From NCBI RefSeq assembly GCF_963676685.1, contig NC_092347.1, positions 73,718,001 through 73,782,000 of the forward strand: DNA of 64,000 nt, written 5' to 3'. The notes under the pieces are model-generated. The model was not told where the DNA came from, made no database searches, and saw nothing but the letters and a program-made list of their open reading frames with translations. The translations under genes and the position numbers were made by a program. The number at the start of each line of letters is the position of its first letter. Position 1 is the first letter of the stretch. This stretch comes from Mytilus edulis (Eukaryota). This document shows, piece by piece, positions 25,754 through 39,746 of the stretch.

Positions 25754-28337
25754 AACCAGATGCTCTGCAGGGCGTAGCTTTATACGACCGCAGAGGTTGA
25801 ACCCTGAACGGTTGGGGCAAGTATGGACACAACATTCAAGCTGGATTCAGCTCTAAATTTGGATTGTGATTAAATAGTTGACACAGCATAGGTTTCTGAC
25901 ACAGAATGAATGTGTTCTAATGAACTTAAAATTTTTGTTTTCTCTTAGAGCAATTCACTATGCTGTTGAATATTAATCCTCTCAAAAAAATGTTTGAAGA
26001 AATTTTCTTTTTTATTTATGAAATTTCAAATGAGAAAAATTGAACCCAATTTTTTTAATCACATCCCCCTTTCCCTTATTCCAAAACTAATCTCAATTAA
26101 AATTTCTAATGGAGTTTGCAACAATAACTACTCATTTAAATACATCATAAAATATTAAGATGTAAAAAAACTGCTTGTTATCACTGAATGGTAAAGATTA
26201 TTTTAATTTATCAGTTGGTAGTAAAAAGTGAATATACATTGTATATTATTATACCTTACGTATATTTCAAACAATTCTATTGGGTGAAACGTAATCACGT
26301 GACATGGAATAATTCAGTTAATTTTCATTCAATTGAAGGAAGGACGAATAACCCTAAAGAATTTACACCAGCGGTGAATAACCCTATTATTCACCGGTGA
26401 ATAACCTTTTGAGTTTGTTTATTTGTACTTGAGTTACCTCCCATAAAAATGACGTCACAAACGTAAATAAACAAAATGGCAGAGTTCACGTTACACTGGG
26501 AGCCCATCAAGAGACGAGGAAATACGGCATTGGACATAGATAGAGCTGAGAGTGGCAGCAGCCGATGATGTCTCTTATAAACGGTCCTTTTCAGGGCCAT
26601 CAATATTTTACAAAAAGATTCTACTTTTGTTGTATATTCGAGAAAATCGAACACAAATGTATTTTCAAACGTCAGTTTGTGTTCGAAATGCACTTCCACT
26701 GTTAGTTCGGTATAATAAAACAATTGTGGCCCCTTAGAATCGATGAATATCCAAAATTGTCAACCCTCAAAAGTTATTTCACTTCGGGCTGCGCCCTCAA
26801 TGAAATAACCTTCTCGTGTTGACAATTTTGGATATTCACCTCTTCAACAGGCCATAATTGTATATTGTATATAACAAAGATTTAAGTTGATTCTGGACAA
26901 AGAAAGATAACTCCAATTAAAAAAAAATCTTGCTATTGCACAATATTTTGCAATTGGATATTTCTTGCTTACTATTCTGGACAAAGAAAGATAACTCTAA
27001 TTAAAAAAAAATTTGCTATTTCACAATATTGTGCAATTAGATATTTCTTGCCATTGCGCAATACTGTGCAATTGAAAAGACTTGCTATTGCACAATACTT
27101 AATATAATAATTTTAGATCCTGTTTGGACCAACTTGAAAACTGGGCCCATAATAAAAATCTAAGTACATTTTTGGATTCGGCATATCAAAGAACCCCAAG
27201 ATTTCAATTTTTGTTAAAATCAGACTAAGTTTAATTTTGGACCCTTTGGACTTTAGTGTAGACCAATTTGAAAACAGGACCAAAAATGAAGAATCTACAT
27301 ACACAGTTAGATTTGGTATATCAAAGAACCCCATTTATTCAATTTTTGATGAAATCAAACAAAGTTTAATTTTGGACCCCGATTTGGACCAACTTGAAAA
27401 CTGGGCCAATAATCAAGAATCTAAGTACATTTTTAGATTCAGCATATCAAAGAACCTAACTGATTCATTTTTTGTCAAAATCAAACTAAGTTTAATTTTG
27501 GACCCTTTGGACCTTAGTGTAGACCAATTTGAAAACGGGACCAAAAGTTAAGAATCTACATACACAGTCATGACAGTTAGATTCGGCATATCAAAGAACC
27601 CCAATTATTCAATTTTGATGAAATCAAACAAAGTTTAATTTTAAACCCTTTGGGCCCCTTATTCTGTTGGGACCAAAACTCCCAAAATCAATACCAACCT
27701 TCCTTTAATGGTCATAAACCTTGTGTTTAAATTTCATAGATTTCTATTTACTTATACTAATGTTATGGTGCGAAAACCAAGAAAAATGCTTATTTGGGTC
27801 CCTTTTTGGCCCCTAATTCCTAAACTGTTGGGACCTTAACTCCCAAAATCAATACCAACCTTCCTTTTGTAGTCATTAACATTGTGTTTAAATTTCATTG
27901 ATTTCTATTTACTTAAACTAAAGTTATTGTGCGAAAACCAAGAATAATGCTTATTTGGGCCCTTTTTTGGCCCCTAATTCCTAAACTGTTGAAACCAAAA
28001 CTCCCAAAATCAATCCCAACCGTTCTTTTGTGGTCATAAACCTTGTGTCAAAATTTCATAGATTTCTATTAACTTAAACTAAAGTTATAGTGCGAAAACC
28101 AAGAAAATGCTTATTTGGGCCCTTTTTGGCCCCTAATTCCTAAAATGTTGGGACCAAAACTCCCAAAATCAATACCAACCTTCCTTTTGTGGTCATAAAC
28201 CTTGTGTTAAAATTTCATAGATTTCCATTCACTTTTACTAAAGTTAGAGTGCGAAAACTAAAAGTATTCGGACGACGACGACGCCAACGTGATAGCAATA
28301 TACGACGAAAAATTTTTCAAATTTTGCGGTCGTATAA
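25754..28337 (-). mobile_element. HINE-like element, same family as 14788-16126, reverse orientation
   Basis: Reverse complement of the 3' hairpin (CCAGATGCTCTGCAGGGCGTAGC), (GAC)n microsatellite near 28272, internal ~180-bp repeats. Confidence 0.8.
26248..26866. mobile_element. 619-bp insertion with terminal long hairpin, inside the HINE-like element
   Basis: Absent from the related copy at ~15600-15630; direct repeat ATTGTATATT (26238-26247, 26857-26866); hairpin ~26720-26861; TTATTATACC inverted at ~26709-26718. Confidence 0.75.
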
Positions 28338-28610
28338 TAAGCAAAAAGGGTTTACCTTTCCTAAGCTCATGAGTTCATATATAATTCTAAGAGTTTAAAG
28401 TTGCCTTTGCTTAAATTGTTTTTTGGGGGTAGAGGGTGTTGGTTGAGCATCCAATATTAATAGGGTTACATAAGTTGTGTCCCTAGCAGGGCAGGAAATG
28501 TTAATAATTCCTGATGAACCCAGACATAGGTAGGGTTTCAGTTGCTCAATCTTCTGTGTTGTTGTTTAACTTCATTATGTTTGTTTATTATTCAACCTTC
28601 AATATATACC

Positions 28611-28754
28611 CAGGCGCGGATCCAGAGGGGGGGTTCCGGGGGTTGGAACCCCCCTTTTTTTTGGACGATCAATGCATTTGAATGAGGACATGTAATTGGA
28701 ACCCCTCCTTTGTCCTGGGTTAGGAACCTTTTTGAATGGCTGGATCCGCCCCTG
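28611..28754. mobile_element. Short MITE with 5-bp TSD
   Basis: TIR CAGGCGCGGATCCAG / CTGGATCCGCCCCTG; ATACC on both sides. Confidence 0.8.
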
Positions 28755-31700
28755 ATACCTACATTGAGAAAAAATCCTGCGACACTGTCACATTTGTTTA
28801 CATCATTTAAGAAATATTGTATATTCATGGATACTATATTTTAGCGGTTAAAACCGCTAAAGACGATACAGGAAATTCATAATCACTAATTTCCAGGTAC
28901 AGTACAGCACAAATTTCACCAAAATCAATACCCCAAAATAATAAGGAAGCTACAGTATATAAGTAGAGAATACATAGGGCTGATAGTCCTCCCATGTCAT
29001 ATAAGGCAAACTAAAAAATAAACTGAAACATTATAAACAACTTTTAATCAGACTCTTTCTCATAACCGTATTCAATCTCAACATGAAAATAATAGTACAA
29101 GTTTCAATGATTTAAAATTTTGCCATTCATGACTGTGACAAATGAAAATCATTACCATCAAACTAATTTCACAATATTAAATGACATGATTTTTCTTTAT
29201 TAAAAGGCAGTAATATTTCACACAAATCATCTCTCTAAAAGATAACTGGTAAAACTTGTCTTACATAGGAAAATTATAAAAAGAGTTTTAATATACTCAT
29301 TATTAAAAAAATATTGAAAGTTATAATCTCTTTATAGATCAAATTGATCATCTTCAGCCATTTATTTTTTAGTGTTTGGGAAGTTAGTGCAAGTTTCATT
29401 GCATGTAATTGTAAAACTGATGTTACATTCCTCTCTATGACAAGGAAGAATATGCTTATCAATGATTGGTTGTTTTTAAAAGTACATCTATTAATGACAA
29501 TAGAAACTCTTCAGAGAAGAGTCCAAAGTACAATCTAGTTTATTGATCAGATATCAAATGAATTTTCATACACATTAGATAGGGAGCTACCATTTGATTT
29601 TTAGGGTTCGGGTGGGCGGGGGAGGGGGGGGGTTGGAGAAAAGGATGACAAATCAATCTATTTGGTCCTACCTTTTTTTTTATTAGTTTTTACTGACTTT
29701 TTGTTTTACATAAATTGTCATTCTGTCTTTTTAAACATTATTCATCCGAGCCACCCACCCATGAAAAAATCAAATGGTAACTCCCCTTCCGGTATTATCT
29801 TTAAGAGAAGTCATAGTGGAAAAAATATTATAGATGAATCATTTTACAAGGAAAATATCATAACTAAATAATCTCAATCATCTTTCTACTTTCTCAGCAA
29901 CTCCAGAAAAAAGTATATCACATTAAATTACTTCCCTGTTGTAATACTACACTCACAAATCACTTCAGGACAATGGCATAGTCTTAAGTGATAACCATAC
30001 AAAAGTTTATACAGGTTTTACCATATTTTGTCTGATTATTATGTTAAGAAAAAAAGAAATTTTAGTACATGTAAATTATCAAACTCAATCACAGTTGTTT
30101 GTTGTACATTTGTATTTTATATGTAAAACCACATTTTTCTTCAAAAATACAATATAAATGTTCCTTGACAACAATAAAAAATATGTTAAATGGAAAATAA
30201 AAACTTATGTCCCAAAACATAAAATCTAAATGAAATTAAGTACAATGAATGATATTTTGTTTTTGAATTTGTCTGTTTAATAAATGACATTGCAACTGTT
30301 ACTCCAAACACTGGATATTGCACATTTAAAACAGAAATGTGTTCATCTCTGAATTAGAGAAGGGCAGTCACAATAATACATGAAGTGGTGTTTGCTATTA
30401 ATTCAATTTCTGAAGCTCATGTCTATTTAAAGGCTATGAATAATCAATTAAGGTGACAACCAACCAATAAATGTATCAGAAAGGGGGAAGTTTTTTTCTC
30501 TGTTGAATGTTCATTTTCATTTCTTGCTAAAAGTGCTTATTTTTTTAACAATTATAAAATTCATTTTCAATTTTTTTTCACAACTGTTTCCTGCACTTTC
30601 TTTTACAGAATATTCATTTTGTACCTGTGCTATGCAAAGTTATTTATTCTATGACTTCTTAAATGCAATCAAAAATGTTACTAGTACATTTGTAATAGTT
30701 CAATTGAATAACTTGGTTGTTATTTAAACAATAAACTTTCTGCACGGACTGTTCAAAATCATTATGGTAAAATATTTGTATGCCCCAAAAAATATTATAT
30801 ACATTGTGTACAATGATGTGTTTACCTTCATTTTATGACTGGATAACTCATGAAAATAAATTATTGTAAACAAAAAATAGCATCTGGATCATAGGACCTC
30901 TGATCCATTTTGCTTCTACTTTATAGATGTTATTTCTCTTATTAAAGCTAAAATATCAAACTTTTCTCTTGAACAATCTGTCGAATACCAAGTCACATAA
31001 GCTTTCTTGCAAACTTGGGGGCCTCAAGGTGTAACTCAAGAGTTACCAACATTCAGACTAACTGACTGACCATTAAAATTAGTCTTGACCACTCTTCATA
31101 CTTTATACATGTCCTCCACAGATACTCAAACAATGTGGAGAAATTCAAATGAGACTATGAGAGATTACAAAATACATTTCTATCACACAAAACCATTTTG
31201 GTATTGTAACTATATCTGAGACAATTTCATTCACAACAACAAGGCCTGTAATCAGGCTTCAAAACTTAAAGACAAAATTATGTATAACTTTAAATCTTTT
31301 ACAAAAATCTATCATTTGATTGTTTGAATATATGATAATCCATAAAGTAACAATTTTCCCGTAAAAATGGTTTAACAATTAAAGGCCTATATGAATTTGC
31401 TGAAAAAAATATAATAAAACAGTTTAATCACAATCCAGAATAGCTTTTTAGTGGAATTTTTGGCAATAAAATAATAAGTTTAAAATCAAAGATATTTGTG
31501 GTCTGGATGGGATCCTTTATTTTTTTGTTATTTTTTCCCCCTTTTTCTTTTCTTCTTTTATTTTTTCTGCCTTTTTTCTCTTTTCTTCATATTTTTATTC
31601 TACTGTGGATCACATGGTGTGGATTCATTATCATTCGTCGGAAACAAATTTTTCTCTTTTTCATTGGTAAAGGTGACCCACAAATCTATATATTCCACAA

Positions 31701-34428
31701 ATCACAAACTTGCTACATGTATTTGGTTGTATACAGACTTTGACAAAACCATGAAATCAAATGTTCACAAAAATGCAAGATTTCCCAAATCCATGAAAAT
31801 TGGTAGCCATGAAAATAAATGAATACACAGTATCTGAAGTTTTATCCCATTCCCATTATGCTCTATTCTGTTAACCCCATCCAGACCCTCATGTGTAGCC
31901 AGAATGAGGCTGGCCCTATAGAATATTGATTGTCCATTAGAAATAATTGACAAGCAGACTCTTCTTCTTCTTCTGGTATACAGTTACAGCTTCATTAATA
32001 TTGTGTAATCAGCAATCTCTGACTTTGTTACAAAACTGTGATTTAAACAAGAGAAATATAATGCTTAAAAAAAAGCATTTTGATTAGTTTTGTCCTTCAT
32101 AATATAAAATTTTATTAACAATATTCAATATTCATGATATCACCATTAAAAAAATTGTTGACAAAAAAATCCTTCAAAATCAATCATTTACAACATTAAC
32201 TCCAAAAACTAAATATCTGAAGAAGAAGAAAAAACTTGATAAAAGTCTGAAACGTTACAGAATATTTACAAAAAAGAAACTCCACAAAGTCAACCATTAA
32301 ATACACTATGAAAAAATTGGCACCATGCACAGTAGCAAAAAGAAAGTATTTTACCTTAATTAGTTTTTAAAAAGTCAAATATTAAAACTAAAATTAAAAT
32401 ATTAAACTTTCCACTAAACGTTTGTCAAAAACTATTCGGACAAATCAAGAGAAATAAATGTTAAGATATAGTATGTCTTTGTATGTATATATGGTTGAAT
32501 ATTTCAATTTCCATGAAACTTGTTTAATTGCATGTTTATTTAAAAAAAAATTGTAGCTTTTATACTTCCAGAGACACAGTCAATAAGAAAGTTTAGTACA
32601 TGCATATTTAAAAAAGACTTTCTCAGTCAGTCAATGATGAGTAAGTAATCAGAAAATGAAAATCTGTTTATGACTTGAGTTGTGGATACAAAGTATAGAA
32701 AGAAAAACATGGATGAATGAACAGACAAACATACATACAGACACACACACTAAAATCACTATATACCCCTCGTAAGTACAGGGTTATAAAAAAGACGGTA
32801 AAACAGTAAAGACGCTTAAACAGTTGCATGCGTATATTGCAACATAAACAAGTTGAATACTCAGAATAGTAATTTAAGAAATAAATCGATATCAGGAAAG
32901 TTGTTTAAAAGGAAAATATTTATAATGATGCATAAAACTTTTGATTGCATACTTTATGTACAGACCAAGCATAGTAGTTGTTGGATTTTTATCAGCATAT
33001 GGTGCTAAGGGCTGTTCAATAAAAACATACATGGGACCCAGGGAAGGCAACTTAAATTTGCCACTATGGGTGGGTGTGATATATAATTTGTGTTTAATAT
33101 GCTTTAAATGTATGCAGGACTCTAAAATTGCTTCTATGGGTGGTCACTGTGTTTTTAAAGTGCCTTCCCTGGCTCTATGTATGTTTTAACAGAACAGCCC
33201 TAATGGAAAATAGAACATTGTGGATATCCACTAGTTGTATTGGAATGCCATCACAGCTGCCACGCCCAACACCCCCCTCCCCCATTGTAGTGACAAGATA
33301 TTTCAAAATACATTAATGCAATGAACCTGTCAGTACATGCAGTTATAGTTCTGTTTTATACCAAGTCTCCATGGAAGATTTGATGGAACAGAATCAGGAT
33401 CTATCAACAAAGAATTTTTGTATCATTATTTTTACCACCATTTTTTTGGTTCTCAACATGTACCATGACCTCATCTCTTTGAAAGTACAACCAGTTAATT
33501 CAGAATCTTTAAAAAGTAGAACCCAAATATAAATGCTTATTCTTCAGAATTTAATCTTCACAAATGAGGCAATATGCAATAATGATTTTATATTTTGGTT
33601 AAGATTTCATAAGAGTTTTAAATCTATAACTTAATGGTCGAAATTTCTAAATCACCCGTATAAAATACTAATATAAGAATATAGTGATCCATTTTACATG
33701 TACATGTTTATTACCCTGATCAACAGCATCAACATTTGCATGTGTATAAATCTGATAAAACATTGAAAAATCATACATGTTTTTTGTTTTGTAAGATGTC
33801 TTGAAAATGCAACCATCCAATGTTGATATTTTTATCATTATTTTTTATAAATTTCAAAGTTTAGTTCTAAAACAAATTACAATCTTGCTGTTTTATCAAT
33901 ATTGTGTATTAAGTGAAATTTTTCAAGAATTTTTTTGTCAATTGATTTATCAGACAAAATAGGTGCTAAAAAAAATGTGTGTGAACACACAATTCATTTT
34001 ACATGTATGATCATGAGAAGACATAGTTTGTGACCTAAAAAGTACACTTTAGCTAAGGTATATTTTGTTTTTTTCACCTGTCCACTGTTAAATGTGCATC
34101 TTATTAATGTCTATTCTTTATTCAAGTTTTGATTTCTTCCTACAAAAATATAATTGAATAAAAATGCTTGAATGTTCATTTAAAAACATTAAGTAATGAT
34201 TAACCAATTAAATCAATATGTCCACATCATAGTGTGGGCATATGGAGCAGCAACCCTGTCCCCACTCTAAACTGTGGACAAGTGGAGAAAGCTAAATCCA
34301 CCTGAGTACAATGTATGTATAATAACAATACCTCTTTCCACTCATTAATTCTCACAACACACATACTTTTATATATTACTTCGTGAAACAACATTTAAAG
34401 AAAAGATAAAAATTAAATAACCTTTCCA

Positions 34429-34811
34429 TTAACTTTCTGTCGGCTCAGGTGAGACAATCACCTGAATTACATTGTTCTTTGGAATTTTTGCATCTTCAAT
34501 GCGTATTTTATCAGACAACAACCGTCCAGAATAAAACCATCTTTGTCTTGATGGTGGGACACCTTCTTCCTCCGACAATCGGAGTTTAAGTTTCATCACA
34601 GTATCAGAAGTCCTCACATAGAGTTTGATATCTTTAGTATGATTTGATAGTCTGAATTTGAGAGGGATTTCCAGCCCTGGTGAAGCATTCTCTGAGTCCA
34701 GCCCAGCATCACTTTCACTTGTCTCTTCTAGTAAGTTTGTTGGAGCACTTAAGGTGTAGACAGGAAGTTGGTATCTGTTCCCCAACTCATCATAACTGTC
34801 CATCAATGTTC
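34429..34811 (-). CDS. UBTD2: Ubiquitin domain-containing protein UBTD1/2, exon 3 (ubiquitin-like domain)
   Basis: (G)TLMDSYDELGNRYQLPVYTLSAPTNL...RQRWFYSGRLLSDK..IQVIVS. Confidence 0.93.
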
Positions 34812-35474
34812 CTGTTATAGAAAAATATATTTTATACATGTAAAACAATTTTTTTTTTTAGTTTTGAAAACATGTTTACGGTAAACAAAATGATGTTTAC
34901 TCCGATATTGAACTTAGTCAATTTTTGTGTATGTTCAACTTCTTTAGTTTCTTAGTAAGAATATTCTTTTATTTGCAGCATATTTGTTTAACCCTCTGTG
35001 TTGCCCTCTACATGTTTGTTGCCTGTTTTTGTTCTTGAGTGGTGCTATCTCATTAACCTCTGTCCCACATCTCCTACCATTTGTATATATACATGTAATA
35101 TCAATATGTTAATATATTGTCGGATTATTTGGTTAATCAGTTATGAGTGAAAACTTTTATATATCTCATAAACTTCATGTACATGTATGTGATCATTTGA
35201 TAAAATATTTTACAACTTGGATAGACAAAGATGACTGAGACCAAGTTTGGTTATATTTGGCACAGTTGTTTCAGAGCAGAAAAAAAGATTTATAGACAAC
35301 AAAGCGCCAAGTAATAAAAATAGATAACTGTTCTTGGCCTTCCCCCCCCCCCCCCCCCCAAAAAAAAAACAACCCAAAAAATCATATCTGAGTTACATCT
35401 TAACTTGTTTAATATAGGAATTCATAAAAAGTTAAATATAGGTTAAACTTGATATCATAAACAAGATAGATTAC

Positions 35475-35711
35475 CATGCGGTAAGGATATGTTAGCACCA
35501 TCTATTATTGCCTGAGCTAAACCATGGTCCCCTGTCTCTAATGCATATGCAGCAGCTTTTAAAGCATCCCATATTTCTTTTCTGCCTTCAAATGCTGGTG
35601 CTGTGTCCCAAAACTCTTCTCTCTTACTTCGAAGCTGTGTTTCTGTCAGTGGAATGTCACTTTTCCATTTGGGTTTTTCAGGTTTCAATGGTTGATTTCT
35701 TCCAATTGAAA
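35475..35711 (-). CDS. UBTD2: UBTD1/2, exon 2
   Basis: (V)[54 protein letters not shown], hallmark UBTD sequence. Confidence 0.95.
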
Positions 35712-37796
35712 CTATAAACAAGAAAAAATAAATTAAATATACCAAAACTACTTTTACATCTGACTTTGTCATCACCAAAATCATTTGAATTCATGTAGAC
35801 ATTCATAAGAGTGCAGGTCAATAACTCAACCTCATTTCATTTATATTATAATCATGCACTCATATACAAAGTTACTTACATGTAGTAGTATAGAGGCCTT
35901 CACAGGGTTTATGTTTGATGTGAGAAAACTAAAGAACTGAAACAAGAGGCTATCAGGGTGAAAGCAAACAAGATTTTCCTGCATGAAATTCCCATGAATA
36001 TGATATTTGTAAATCTGGACCCTCAAATAAGATCAACTAGTACAAAAATAAATGAATTTTGGTAGGGTTCACCAGCGGCAGATCCAGAACTTCATAAGAG
36101 GGGGCCCACTGACTGACCTAAGAGGGCCAGCTTCCGTCATGCTTCACTGATTCCCCATACTAACCAAATTTTTCCCACAAAAAAGGCCCCTCCCTGGATC
36201 TACATATATTAAAAATTGGGAAGGTTAAAATCCATCGAAATTTCATTTTTCCCTACATAAAGGTCTACAACTCAACAACAATAAAAGCTAAAATAGTAAA
36301 AAATGATTTTGAACTTTATTTTGTCAAAGGAAACAACATATCTAAATTTGAAAATATTTCTTAAAAGCATTTTTAAGTCATTACACAGACAATATCACTT
36401 TTTGTTTCTTAAAGGTCTATATTTAAATCAACAAAGGTAAAAACATAAGTTAAATTGTCAGAAGCATGTCAGAAAATGGAGCTTGACCTTCATTTATTCA
36501 CAGGAAACAACACATCTAAATTATTAAAAAAATCACACTTTTTCGCTACTGAAAGGTCTACTGTGATGTTAACTCCACAACCATAAAACCTAAAATCGTC
36601 AAAATTGAACTTTCATTTAGTCACTGTTAACAACATATCTAAACACTGTTTGCCAGCTGCCCGCCTGGATGCCTGCCTCCAAACATACATACATCCCCAA
36701 ATCAAAACCAACAGAATTATTCAAGGAAAACCATGATGTGTACAATCTTCCAGAGATACGCATATGAAACAAATAAGGAATAGAATTAGTAATACACACA
36801 CCTCGGAGAAATCTACTTCTGACAAAGTTATACACAAGCACAATATTTCATCTTGTCCAGTGAACAATTATGAGATGGTTTAATTTTACTTCACTAACTT
36901 GCCCTGAGCAGATTTTTTCTTGCCTACCGGCAAGCATGGCAGAACTTAATTCCAATCTTGGATAATAAGACAAAAAAACAGTTGTACAAATCAGAACTTT
37001 CGAATTTTGCGAGAGCACTGGAAGGACATCATCTACATGTACATAGTGGAACTTTGAGTTAAAGGATAATGCTTACTTCCTTCATTCATCCCTAGAAGTC
37101 AGCCTCATATGAATAAAGGAACCAGTTGGCAAAAAGAGGAGCATTATTGGTTCCCTTGGGATTGCCGATTGATTGTAGAAAAACCTATCAATCATGATCA
37201 ACTTTTATGAATAATTATTGATAATTACAATTAAATTTTCACTCATTAATGCTAAAGCAATCTTTTTACCTGTAAACAAGATTACCAGCAGATGCTAACA
37301 TACACCTCATTAACCTGTAAATGCTCTAATAGACGGTAAGACCAATTTTACTACTTTAAGTCAAGAATTTAAAATGTCACATGTGTAAATGTTGGTACCG
37401 TAACAGAAATATCATTGAAGTCCTATTTGGTCACCAGATGAAAAATTGCAGTTTGTGACAATCGTAAAGCAGAATTCAGCCCCTGGTTGTAAACAATGTG
37501 GCCAAGTGTTCATCTATTTATGCATTATGGACAGGAAGTATTTCAAGATTTTTTACACACTGACACTGTCATCTTTTTTTATATCAAATTTAAGAAAAAA
37601 TTAAGCTAATATAGAAGAAAATAAGAATAAGGTCGTTCAAATTACAAGTTCATTCATATTAAAACTCATTTTAATCTTAATAAAAACAACTGCCTAGTTT
37701 ACATAGTAATGGATATACAAAGTAATCAGCTGATCACAGGAAATGACCGGGGTGATTTTAGTTTTTGTTCAATAACCCCCACCCAACTCCCACTAC

Positions 37797-37863
37797 CTGC
37801 AGCATCAGAAGACTCGCCTGATGAGTTATCGCCGTGTCTCCGGGATCCTAGACACCCTCCCAT
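37797..37863 (-). CDS. UBTD2: UBTD1/2, exon 1
   Basis: MGGCLGSRRHGDNSSGESSDAA|gtagtg; MGGC lipidation-type N-terminus as in UBTD2; phase 1 fits exon 2; total 228 aa. Confidence 0.85.
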
Positions 37864-38394
37864 AGCCCTCTGGGCGGGCACCAGGTCCGAAATGTATAAT
37901 AAATAACGAGGATGCTGTTTGTGTTGATGATTTTCTGTCGTGTGAATGGCAAGACGAGTTTTGATTGGATAAAATTAAAGGTTCATTCCAGGTTCGCTTG
38001 ACTCGAAATTCATCCTCAACTTTAAAGGGAGCTATTGTTGAATCCCTACTTTGAAATAGATTGAAATATGTCGTTTCTTCTCTTATATTAGCTGTATTTC
38101 TATTTCTGTTCGATCGAAAGAAAGAAAGAAAAACAAATAAAAGAAAGAATCAGAAATGCGGATGGACTGGGTGTTCCGGAAAACACAGATAAGCCTAAAT
38201 TAAAGTTTTGATCCCGTGTTCATCTTCCGATTCATATTTGATTGCATTTAAATTCAAAGTTTTTAACTTATACATTTTGATTGAACCTGGTGTTAAAAAC
38301 AAGCGCATTCCAGTTTATAGTGAACTTTTCAAATCGACTACACATTATGACATAAATGTAGGAACAGTATATCTAAACAGTCAATATATCATAT

Positions 38395-39746
38395 TTAAAA
38401 TTGAGAATGGAAATGGGGAATGTGTCAAAGAGACAACAACCCGCCCAAATAAAAAACAACAGCAGAGGGTCACCAACAGGTCTTCAATGTAGCGAGAAAT
38501 TCCCGCACCCGGAGGCGTCCTTCAGCTGGCCCCTAAACAAATATATACTAGTCCAGTGATAATGAACGCCATACTAATTTTCAAATTGTACACAAGAAAC
38601 TAAAATTAAAATAATACAAGACTAACAAAGGCCAGAGGCTCCTGACTTGGGACAGGCGCAAAAATGCGGCGGGGTTAAACATGTTTGTGAGATCTCAACC
38701 CTCCCCCTATACCTCTAACCAATGTAGTAAAGTAAACGCATAACAATACGCACATTAAAATTCAGTTCAAGAGAAATCCGAGTCTGATGTCAGAAGATGT
38801 AACCAAAGAAAATAAACAAAATGACAATAATACATAAATAACAACAGACTACTAGCAGTTAACTGACATGCCAGCTCCAGACTTCAACTAAACTGACTGA
38901 AAGATTATGATTTCATCATATGAACATCAGGCACAATCCTTCCCGTTAGGGGTTTAGTATCATACCATCATAACATATATGAGAAGAACATAACCCGTGT
39001 CATGCCAACAACTGTTTTTAGAATAAATGTGTTTAGTTCCGATGCAAAGACCTTATCAGTGACTCAATATTAACGCCAAAATATGCAATCTTTAATGACT
39101 TGACAACAGTATCATAATTATATCCCTTCTTAATAAGTCTATTCAAAGGTTTTGTAAGTTTCTGAGGTGAATACTGACACCTTTGTGCTTTATAAAGAAT
39201 ATTACCATAAAAAATTGGATGTGAAATACCTGAACGTATTAGCAGTCTGCATGTTGAGCTATATTTACGAATGATGTCTTTATACCGATGATAAAATTTA
39301 GTAAATGTTTTGACTAGTTTGTGATATCGAAAACCCTGGTGTAATAATTTTTCAGTAATACATAAATTTCTCTCGTTAAAATCTAAAACATTGTTGCATA
39401 CACGAGCGAATCGTACAAGTTGAGATATATAAACACCGTAAGATGGTGACAAGGGAACGTCACCATCTAAAAACGGATAATTAACGATAGGAAATGAAAA
39501 ATCATCCCTTTTATCATAAATTTTAGTATTCAGCTTTCCATTAGTGATATAGATATCAAGATCGAGAAAAGGGCAGTGGTCATTGTTAGTATTAGCTTTA
39601 TTTAAAGTAAGGTCAACAGGATAAATTTCATTAATATACATACTGAAGTCGTCATTATTGAGAGCCAAAATATCATCCAAATATCTAAAAGTATTATTAA
39701 ATTTGTTTATCAGATGTTGTTTCGATGGGTCTTTGCATCGACACAA
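38395..39746 (-). mobile_element. 5'-truncated Penelope-like retroelement (RT C-half open 39033-39746, plus 3' terminal region)
   Basis: FRYLDDIL catalytic motif, PFLDLDI, IYDKRDDFSFPIVNYPFL, YGVYISQLVRFAR; no stops in 237 codons. Confidence 0.9.

Noticed and set aside
15046-27551. Recurrent ILDPDLDQLENW ORFs (15046-15363, 16224-16550, 27237-27551)
   Set aside because: Chance translations of the internal tandem repeat of the HINE-like family.
31496-31822. Phe-rich hydrophobic ORFs
   Set aside because: Low-complexity T-rich sequence downstream of UBTD; no splice or domain support.
38900-38940. Hammerhead- or SECIS-like hairpin in the PLE tail (- strand CTGATGT...GAAA)
   Set aside because: Core deviates from CUGANGA and I could not build the remaining stems; needs a covariance-model scan.
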